DNA of 64,000 bases from Candidatus Omnitrophota bacterium. Lineage in GTDB: Bacteria; Omnitrophota; Gorgyraeia; Gorgyraeales; Gorgyraeaceae. Within the stretch, counting starts at the first letter, position 1. Each line of letters starts with the position of its first letter. Positions 57,225 through 64,000 of the stretch are shown here, in pieces. The notes under the pieces are model-generated. The model did no database searches, had not been told where the DNA came from, and was given only the letters and a program-made list of their open reading frames with translations. Position numbers and translations under genes: made by a program. Location: positions 68,564 to 132,563 of the forward strand of contig JBDRJN010000003.1 in NCBI GenBank assembly GCA_043814965.1. The letters are read 5' to 3'.

Positions 57225-57749
57225 TTATTCTCCTTTAATTTTTATCGGTAAACCTGAGGCCATAAAAAATACTTCATTGGCTTCTTTTGCTACTATCTGA
57301 TTCATTCTGCCAGCAATATCCCTAAAATCTCTTCCTAACCTGCTTTCAGGCACAATACCTAAGCCTACTTCATTTGACACTATGATCGATCGAGATCTGT
57401 TTTTGTTTAAAGCAGCCAGTATTCCGGAAATTTCTTTCTCTATGTCTTTTTGACTTTTTCCGTCCAGCATAAGATTGGATATTAAAAGAGTCAAACAATC
57501 TATTATGACAACATCATACTTAAGATTTATTCTTTTTAATAAGCTCGCTATGTTTTTTGGTTCTTCAAAAGTCTTCCAGGATTTAGGCCTTTGTTTTTTA
57601 TGCAGCCTTATACGCTCTTTCATCTCTTTGTCCAAAGCCTGGCAAGTAGCGACAAAAGCGGCTTTCTTGGTTTTTTCTTTGGCCATCTTTAGAGCAAATC
57701 CACTTTTACCGCTTCTCGCGCCGCCTAAAATAAATGTGATCTTATTCAT
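57225..57749 (-). CDS. cobU: adenosylcobinamide kinase / adenosylcobinamide-phosphate guanylyltransferase
   Basis: P-loop ILGGARSGKS; 174 aa. Confidence 0.9.
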   Translation of the reverse strand: MNKITFILGGARSGKSGFALKMAKEKTKKAAFVATCQALDKEMKERIRLHKKQRPKSWKTFEEPKNIASLLKRINLKYDVVIIDCLTLLISNLMLDGKSQKDIEKEISGILAALNKNRSRSIIVSNEVGLGIVPESRLGRDFRDIAGRMNQIVAKEANEVFFMASGLPIKIKGE

Positions 57750-58344
57750 TTAAATGTCCTTTATCATTAAATAACAATACTTCTCCTTTATTATCTTTAT
57801 ATTCAACTATAGTAATACTAGCTAGATGCGGGAGCTTTATTGACCAAATACTTTTTTCATGCAGCAGATCTTTTAGGATCATCCTTATAACCCCGCCGTG
57901 CGTAACTATTCCAACTGTATTATCTCTATTTAAAGATATAATCTCTACCAGGGTTTCTTTTATCCTCTCTTCAAAATCCCCAAGATTATCTCCTTTAGGA
58001 ATAGTGGTTTGAAATGGGTCATTAAGCCAGGCTGAATAAATATCAGGGTGCTTCTTTATGATATCTTCATGCTTTAAGCCCTCAAAAATACCGAAATTTA
58101 TCTCTCTGAGATTAGATAATTTTTCTATACTAATATCTTTAAACGCTATCTTTGCAAAGTTCAAAGCGCGCTTGGAAGCACTAGAGTAAACTTTTTGTAT
58201 TCTTTCTTCTTTCAGCCTGTGAGAAACCCTATCTGCCTGCACCCTTCCTGAATCATTAAGATCTATATCACTAATACCGCAATATCTTCTATCTACGCTC
58301 CATTCGGTCTGTCCATGTCTAATCAAGATCAATCTTGTTGACAT
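57742..58344 (-). CDS. cobC: alpha-ribazole phosphatase (histidine phosphatase superfamily)
   Basis: LIRHGQTEWS (RHG motif) and a downstream catalytic His; position in the nucleotide-loop assembly cluster. Confidence 0.8.
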   Translation of the reverse strand: MSTRLILIRHGQTEWSVDRRYCGISDIDLNDSGRVQADRVSHRLKEERIQKVYSSASKRALNFAKIAFKDISIEKLSNLREINFGIFEGLKHEDIIKKHPDIYSAWLNDPFQTTIPKGDNLGDFEERIKETLVEIISLNRDNTVGIVTHGGVIRMILKDLLHEKSIWSIKLPHLASITIVEYKDNKGEVLLFNDKGHLNE

Positions 58345-59132
58345 TTATTCTCTCCTGAGGCTAGTATCACATAAGGCTTGAAAGAAATAGGGTTTTTTTT
58401 CACCACTACTACGGTATTATACACTGACTCTATATTCTGATAGGTCAATACCTCATTAGGGGGCCCGTCCTTAAAAACAGCCCCATTATTTAATAACACT
58501 ATCCGATTGCAATATTCACTTGCCATGTTCAAATCATGCATTACCACTATTATAGTAAGTAGTTTTTCCTTGTTCATCGCCTTCAATAAATCAAGTATCT
58601 GTACCTGATGCCCTATATCAAGGTGAGCAGTAGGTTCGTCCAATAAGAGCAATATAGGCTCCTGCGCAAGGGCCTTTGCTATTATGACCCGCTGACGTTC
58701 ACCAGCGCTAAGCTCGTTTATTTCCTTATCTTTTACGCACAATGTATCTGTCATGCCCAAAGCATTGTGCGCTATTGAAAGATCCTTCTTCGTCTCAAAT
58801 TGCATCCGCCCCAGATGCGGGATCCTCCCCATAAGCACGATCTCTTCTACGCTGAATGAAAAATTTATAAGTGTGTCCTGTGGTACAAAAGCTGTTCTTC
58901 TGCAAAATTCTTTCAGGCCCATGGCCTTTATGTCTTTTTCTTCGAGAGTGACTGTGCCTGACGCTGGAGACAATGTGCGGCTCATCAATTTTAAGAGAGT
59001 TGATTTCCCTGACCCGTTTGGCCCGATAATACCGAGAAATTCCCCTTTTTTTATCTCAAAAGAGATATCCTTTATTACTAATGTCTTATCATAGCCTCCT
59101 GAAAGATTGCTTACTTTAATGAGATTGTCCAT
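58329..59132 (-). CDS. ABC transporter ATP-binding protein (BtuD/FecE-like)
   Basis: Walker A GPNGSGKST, signature LSAGERQRV, Walker B LLLDEPT. Confidence 0.85.
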   Translation of the reverse strand: MDNLIKVSNLSGGYDKTLVIKDISFEIKKGEFLGIIGPNGSGKSTLLKLMSRTLSPASGTVTLEEKDIKAMGLKEFCRRTAFVPQDTLINFSFSVEEIVLMGRIPHLGRMQFETKKDLSIAHNALGMTDTLCVKDKEINELSAGERQRVIIAKALAQEPILLLLDEPTAHLDIGHQVQILDLLKAMNKEKLLTIIVVMHDLNMASEYCNRIVLLNNGAVFKDGPPNEVLTYQNIESVYNTVVVVKKNPISFKPYVILASGENKCQQD

Positions 59133-59136
59133 ATAT

Positions 59137-60099
59137 CTACCTGACCCTTTGTTTTCTTTTTAGTAAAAACATGAATATCGGAGCGCCTACAAGGGCTGTA
59201 ATGACTCCTATAGGTATTTCCAGAGGCGGCATTATAGTGCGGGAAAGCATATCGCATAATATCATGAATATCGCTGCTGCCAGGCACGTAGATGGTATAA
59301 GGACCTTGTGGTTGGGTCCGACCAGAAGCCTCATCATGTGAGGGACAATAAGTCCCACAAACCCGATTATTCCGCATATGGATACAAGGCCGGCGGTTAT
59401 CAGAGCTGTAATAAAAAATAATGTCTTTTTAATAACCTCTGTGTTTATGCCCAGATGGACTGCTTCTTCCTCTCCTATACTTATAGCGTTCAGATCCTGT
59501 GCTAAAATAAATATAGCCGAGACGCCAAGCACAACTATAAAACCAACTATAAAAAGAAGCCTAATATCATAGACCTGCAAGTTACCCCACAGCCACCACA
59601 TCATGCCATGTAAGGCTTCGTTGCTGGATACAGAGATCAAAAATACAATTATCGCGGAAAGCGCTATTGACACTATAACGCCCGATAAAATAAGGGACTG
59701 CACCCCTACTTTATTCCCCTGCCTGGCCATATTATAAACTAATATTATAGTAAGGATCGCTCCTAAAAACGCTAAAATAGGCAGATATGCAGCTGATATA
59801 CCTATAATAATAGCGATAACAGCCCCCAATCCTGCGCCGCTAGAGGTTCCTAGTATGTATGGTTCTGCAAGCGGATTCCTTAAAACAGCTTGCAGCGCCA
59901 CACCTGAAACTGCCAGGCCTGAACCAGCCAAACTAGCCATTAATATGCGGGCTAGCCTCAAATACAGTATAGGCAGGTTTTCTTGAAGAAATAATTCAGA
60001 TAGGCTAAGCCTAACCGAACCCTTTGTAAGCGCCAACAATATAGAGCCTATCAATATCAAAAATAAAGCCGCTATTTTTCTTTTTGCAGATTTTGTCAT
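59137..60099 (-). CDS. FecCD-family ABC permease (BtuC-like)
   Basis: ~10 TM helices, FecCD-type conserved Gly-rich segments. Confidence 0.85.
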   Translation of the reverse strand: MTKSAKRKIAALFLILIGSILLALTKGSVRLSLSELFLQENLPILYLRLARILMASLAGSGLAVSGVALQAVLRNPLAEPYILGTSSGAGLGAVIAIIIGISAAYLPILAFLGAILTIILVYNMARQGNKVGVQSLILSGVIVSIALSAIIVFLISVSSNEALHGMMWWLWGNLQVYDIRLLFIVGFIVVLGVSAIFILAQDLNAISIGEEEAVHLGINTEVIKKTLFFITALITAGLVSICGIIGFVGLIVPHMMRLLVGPNHKVLIPSTCLAAAIFMILCDMLSRTIMPPLEIPIGVITALVGAPIFMFLLKRKQRVR

Positions 60100-60941
60100 G
60101 GATATAACCTCTCATAGAGTTCACTGATGGATACGCCCAGGCGAGGGCTAGGCCTTAACAATATATCGGGATTGATGTCATTATATATCCGGCTATTTTT
60201 AACCGCGGCTATTCCCTCCCAGCCCAAACGCCTTCCTACCATCTTTGCTGCATCTTTATTTACCATGTAAGCCAGGATAATGCAATCCGGGTCGCGCTTT
60301 ATTACTTCTTCGGGACTGAAATAGCTATACGGCCTGTTGACATCACTGCTGATATTGACCCCCCCGGCCAATGCAATCAACTCGTCTATAAAAGATCCTT
60401 TGCCTGCGGTCATCAAAGGATCTTTCCAGAACTCAATAAAAACTTTTACCTTGTCCTTTTCAGGGATCAATATTGTCTTTGACGTTACAGTTTCTATGTC
60501 TTTTTTCATCCTATCGATTAATTCGGCTGCTGCTTTGCTACGGCCGACAATAGCAGCCATCTCCATGATAGAATCAAACATCTCTTCTATGCTGGACGGA
60601 TCACTAACATATACATTTAAACCCAATTGCCTTAATTTCCCTATCACAGGCGCCTGCTCCAAACCCGTGCAAAACACAATATCAGGCTGTAGAGACAATA
60701 TCTTTTCTGTGTTCGGCTGGCTAAATGTCCCTACCTTTTCCTTCTCCTGAGCCCTGGAAGGGTAATTACAAAAAGTGCTTACACCCACTATCTCCTCATC
60801 CAGGCCCAACGCAAACAATATCTCTGTGGTTGAAGGCGCGATAGAAACTATTTTTTGTTTATCGGCCTTGATAGGGTCTGCATCCAGCCATGCAGAACAA
60901 AAAAACAGTAAAATAAATATCAAAACACTTCTTTTTATCAT
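60096..60941 (-). CDS. periplasmic corrinoid/siderophore-binding protein (BtuF-like, class III SBP)
   Basis: Signal peptide; IVSIAPSTTEILFALGL and PDIVF motifs typical of BtuF/FhuD-type binding proteins. Confidence 0.8.
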   Translation of the reverse strand: MIKRSVLIFILLFFCSAWLDADPIKADKQKIVSIAPSTTEILFALGLDEEIVGVSTFCNYPSRAQEKEKVGTFSQPNTEKILSLQPDIVFCTGLEQAPVIGKLRQLGLNVYVSDPSSIEEMFDSIMEMAAIVGRSKAAAELIDRMKKDIETVTSKTILIPEKDKVKVFIEFWKDPLMTAGKGSFIDELIALAGGVNISSDVNRPYSYFSPEEVIKRDPDCIILAYMVNKDAAKMVGRRLGWEGIAAVKNSRIYNDINPDILLRPSPRLGVSISELYERLYP

Positions 60942-60946
60942 ATAAA

Positions 60947-61190
60947 AATAAAAAACCCCGACTCCATAAAGTCGGGGTTAATCCCTCGGTTCTTAACCCT
61001 TGATCCCTCTTCGCCCTCCGCGAATAAATAAAGAAATTACATTGTAAGGTTTTCTGACTTAAGGATCAAACTACTGGTTGCGCCTTCTCACTCCACTTAC
61101 GGCAAGTAATGGCTTATTGCAACTTTCGTCCCCTATTACAGCAGCGGGGCTGCGTTGGATTTTCACCAACTTCCCTTAAACAACATAATA
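60947..61190 (-). ncRNA. cobalamin riboswitch (aptamer ~61070-61190) with an intrinsic-terminator expression platform (60947-60978)
   Basis: The minus strand reads GGGAAgttgGTGAAAATCCaacGCaGCCCCGCTGCTGTAAtaGGGGAcGAAAG...AAGCCAttACtTGCCG (conserved core plus B12 box), then aaccccgact-ttatgg-agtcgggg-tttttt just before the btuF-like ATG. Confidence 0.8.
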
Positions 61191-61264
61191 AAACATTCTA
61201 TTAATCTAATTTATACAATAAATTAATGAACGTGTCAATAAAAATCAAATACAATTTCAAAAGT

Positions 61265-61783
61265 TCAATACTCTATCCCTTTGCGCGCTATTTGTTTCTT
61301 CTTAAAAGGGTGTTTCTTTTCTACCATCACTGTCACATAATCAGAAAAGGCTTCTATATTGGATATATCGCCCCTGCCCGTCAGGACAAGCTCCATTTGT
61401 TTGGGCATTTTTTTAATGAACTTCAGGAATCTTTCTATATCAAGGAAACCTTGATCCAGCACATTTATGATCTCATCCAATATCACCATGTCATACTTAT
61501 TGCTAAATGCAGCTTTTTCGACTTTTTTAAAATCCTCATCAACCTCAGATCTAAGCTCTTCAATTTTGACTGGTTTCCCTTGGAATATAGGATGTATTTG
61601 TTTAAACTTCACTAGCTCTATACCCTCTATCCCCCTAAGGAGTTTTTCTTCCCCTGTCTCAATAGAATCTGGTTTTAGAAATTGGAATATAGCTACCTTG
61701 AGCCCCTGGCCTCTAGCCCTTACTGCTAAGCCAATACTGCAAGTAGTCTTTCCTTTTGCATTCCCTGTATAGATATGTATCAT
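61265..61783 (-). CDS. cobO: cob(I)yrinic acid a,c-diamide / corrinoid adenosyltransferase (CobA/CobO/BtuR family)
   Basis: P-loop-like GNAKGKTTCSIGLAVRA, ILDE; the track ORF begins at a TTG, and I use the first in-frame ATG (MIHIYTG). Confidence 0.85.
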   Translation of the reverse strand: MIHIYTGNAKGKTTCSIGLAVRARGQGLKVAIFQFLKPDSIETGEEKLLRGIEGIELVKFKQIHPIFQGKPVKIEELRSEVDEDFKKVEKAAFSNKYDMVILDEIINVLDQGFLDIERFLKFIKKMPKQMELVLTGRGDISNIEAFSDYVTVMVEKKHPFKKKQIARKGIEY

Positions 61784-61928
61784 GATTTTAATCTTACAGC
61801 GGGTCCTGTCCGCCAATTTACCCCATTAGTGCTCGGCATTAGCCTGCGCGCTAATGGGGTCCCCAAATTGCCGGCCACCCGCCTTAACTTCTTTTATTTA
61901 GTAATCGCTTATCGCTAGCAAGTAACAA

Positions 61929-62092
61929 GTTCTCGATTGGGTAGGCCTGAAAAAAGCCTTTTTGTTTTGCGCAATTAATAAATCCTGCATTACCATAGCG
62001 TCGGCCTGTCAAAACAAAACGGAGCAAAGCCCAACTTTACAAAATACTTACTCTGGCGTAGCGTCTTTTTGAAGGTCTACCCGGTCGAGAAC
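61929..62092 (+). repeat. ~165 bp inverted-repeat-flanked element, copy B (same family as 49495-49659)
   Basis: gttctcgattgggtagg ... cctacccggtcgagaac; the interior is ~80% identical to copy A in the same orientation. Confidence 0.6.
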
Positions 62093-62102
62093 TAATAAAT
62101 CG

Positions 62103-62597
62103 TTAAAAAGCAGCCCTGCTTACTAATGTAACTATAGCCACGATTGTCGCTGCTATCAAGACACCGCCTACAGCTGCAATAAAAGTCGGTAAAAATCTCA
62201 TGCGTAAAAGACTGGCTATAAAACACCCTGTCCAGACTCCTGTACCAGGTAAAGGTATACCTATAAAAAGCATAAGGCCTATCGCCTCGTATTTTTCGAT
62301 GAGGCCAGCCTTCTTTTTTGCCCTTGCAAAAAGCCAGTCAAAAAACCTCTTCATGATAGGTGTCTTAGACAATCTTTTGGATATTGGTTCAAGAAAAAAA
62401 TATATCGGGGCAATAGGAAGCATATTCCCTATTATTGAAAAGAACACCGCGCTCTTAATGCTTTCCTTTAATACTACGATACCTATAGGAATAGATGCCC
62501 TAAGCTCCGTGACAGGTAGTGTAGCCAAGAACAATATCAATGTCTTAGGGTTCCATCCAAACGAGGACAAAAGATCAATTATCTTATGCTGTATCAT
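62103..62597 (-). CDS. small multidrug-export-like membrane protein (COG2426 family)
   Basis: 164 aa, 4-5 TM helices; family-typical LPVTELRASIPIG and GIPLPGTGVWTG segments. Confidence 0.55.
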   Translation of the reverse strand: MIQHKIIDLLSSFGWNPKTLILFLATLPVTELRASIPIGIVVLKESIKSAVFFSIIGNMLPIAPIYFFLEPISKRLSKTPIMKRFFDWLFARAKKKAGLIEKYEAIGLMLFIGIPLPGTGVWTGCFIASLLRMRFLPTFIAAVGGVLIAATIVAIVTLVSRAAF

Positions 62598-63255
62598 CTA
62601 TGCTCCATCCATGTTTTCCGACTAAAGGCACAAAACTGCACCCGCAAAGAACTTCCTTTGATATATTGCCATTTTCTGACTTTTTTAAAACAATCATTTC
62701 CTGGCTAAGCCTGGATCCTATAGGCGCGGCCAATATACCTCCCAATGCAAGCTGTTCTAAAAGAGGCTCTGGCACTTTAGGAGACGCGGCTGTTAAGATT
62801 ATCTTATTAAAAGGCGCTTCTTCCTGCCATCCGAGGCTGCCATCGCCAGTTTTAAAATATATATTTTTATACCCTAACTTACTCAAAATATCGCTGGCCC
62901 TATCCGTCAAGGCTTCAAAACGATCTATTGTATAGACAGTTTTTGAGGATTCAGCCAATATAGCTGTCTGATATCCCGAACCCGTGCCGATCTCAAGTAC
63001 TTTGTCTTTTTTATCAAGTCCCAAAGCCTGGGTCATAAGAGCTACTATATAAGGCTGAGATATTGTCTGGCCTTTATCTATTGAGAGTGGGGTATCGCTA
63101 TAAGCAAATTCCAGCTTAGAAGGCTCTATAAATCTATGGCGAGGGACTTTTTTGAATACCTCCAAGACTGACCTATCCTTTATATCTCTGCGAGCCAACT
63201 GCTCTTTTACCATCTTATCCCGTAAAAGATCAAGGCTTTCTTCGGAATAGTTCAT
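62584..63255 (-). CDS. pcm: protein-L-isoaspartate O-methyltransferase
   Basis: TISQPYIVALM and SAM-binding VLEIGTGSGYQTA motifs. Confidence 0.9.
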   Translation of the reverse strand: MNYSEESLDLLRDKMVKEQLARRDIKDRSVLEVFKKVPRHRFIEPSKLEFAYSDTPLSIDKGQTISQPYIVALMTQALGLDKKDKVLEIGTGSGYQTAILAESSKTVYTIDRFEALTDRASDILSKLGYKNIYFKTGDGSLGWQEEAPFNKIILTAASPKVPEPLLEQLALGGILAAPIGSRLSQEMIVLKKSENGNISKEVLCGCSFVPLVGKHGWSIDDTA

Positions 63256-63910
63256 GAACTATGAATTTTATAAATCTAATAGTGTCAAAAAACGGGTTTA
63301 TCTGGCTGAATTCTTCTCCATAAATAGAATCTATATTTATTGACGATATCTTTAGGCCGTGCCTTTTTGCTTCCAGGAGCATCTCGGATTCTATCTCGTA
63401 TTTACTTGTCCTCAGGTCCATATTCTCGATGGCCTTTTTCGAGATCAATCTATAACCGCATTGCGAATCCTGGACTTTTTCTCCAAGCATAGTTGAGACG
63501 ACAAAAGACATAAAACGATTTGTAAGGCGCCTTACGAAAGGCATCTTTTTGGGATTATGCATCCTATCTCCCACTACTATATCAGCACTGCTCTTTTCGT
63601 ACTCACCTATAAAACTTCCTATCTCTCTCATATCATGCTGGCCGTCACCGTCCATAGTTATCGCCACTTCACACCCATTTTTTAATGCATAATCTATACC
63701 TTCCCTGATACATCTCCCTTTTCCGGCATTCTTTTCATGCACTATGATATCCGCGCCATATTTGTTAGCGTCTATTATGGTATGGTCCTTTGAGCCATCG
63801 TCCACTACTACTACCCTAAAACCTTTTTTAACAAGGTTTCCGACTATATAACCTATTGTCTTGGCCTCATTGTACGTAGGTATAACTATAAAAACATTAT
63901 CATTGCTCAT
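63230..63910 (-). CDS. family 2 glycosyltransferase (Dpm1/GtrB-like)
   Basis: FIVIPTYNEAKTIGYIV...VVVVDDGSKDHT...DGDGQH; start at MSNDNV with an upstream AGAGGG; an upstream alternative start at 63961 is possible. Confidence 0.8.
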   Translation of the reverse strand: MSNDNVFIVIPTYNEAKTIGYIVGNLVKKGFRVVVVDDGSKDHTIIDANKYGADIIVHEKNAGKGRCIREGIDYALKNGCEVAITMDGDGQHDMREIGSFIGEYEKSSADIVVGDRMHNPKKMPFVRRLTNRFMSFVVSTMLGEKVQDSQCGYRLISKKAIENMDLRTSKYEIESEMLLEAKRHGLKISSINIDSIYGEEFSQINPFFDTIRFIKFIVHELFRRKP

Positions 63911-64000
63911 AGTATCTTTAAGCCCTCTATCTTTTCCCAAAACCTTCTGAATACAAGCCACTGATCAGGGTACAGCCTTATATACTTCTCCATGACCGAG

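Noticed and set aside
59111-59377. 88 aa minus-strand ORF overlapping the btuD/btuC junction
   Set aside because: Out-of-frame overlap with two well-supported ABC transporter genes. His/Cys-rich junk translation.

Overview
This 64 kb window comes from an AT-rich bacterial chromosome, probably a diderm; SurA, a TonB-dependent receptor and TonB are all present. About 59 protein-coding genes are packed on the minus strand; I accept no plus-strand ORF as real. I found no rRNA, tRNA, CRISPR array, transposase or integrase. Most of the content is housekeeping: polA, tsaD, ctp, gatCAB, ksgA-pdxA-surA, a short mfd, argS, rsfS-nadD, apt, a sigma-70 factor, ppdK, glyQS, recO, the phoH-7TM/HD-ybeY-dgkA block, aspS-hisS, hup, dnaE, a MoxR-DUF58 triad and groESL. 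The accessory content is:
- a cobalamin salvage and uptake locus (cobO | B12 riboswitch with terminator | btuFCD-cobC-cobU-cobT-cobS, a Dph6-like PP-loop ATPase, a TonB-dependent receptor, tonB);
- a bactofilin fused to an excisionase-type HTH, next to a paralogous membrane-anchored HTH, LarB and MgtC;
- a TPR/Lys-rich protein, a BNR-repeat secreted protein and a zinc-ribbon PilZ protein;
- several families of conserved structured intergenic repeats. One is a ~165 bp inverted-repeat-flanked element present twice. One is a GTAGGGGAGC-palindrome composite repeat family. One is a set of AT-rich inverted-repeat elements in promoter-proximal gaps, one of which splits gatA from gatB.
I also identify a CIRCE operator upstream of groES, an unlisted 48-codon zinc-ribbon ORF, and a tRNA 3'-half-like fragment between the PP-loop gene and the TonB-dependent receptor.
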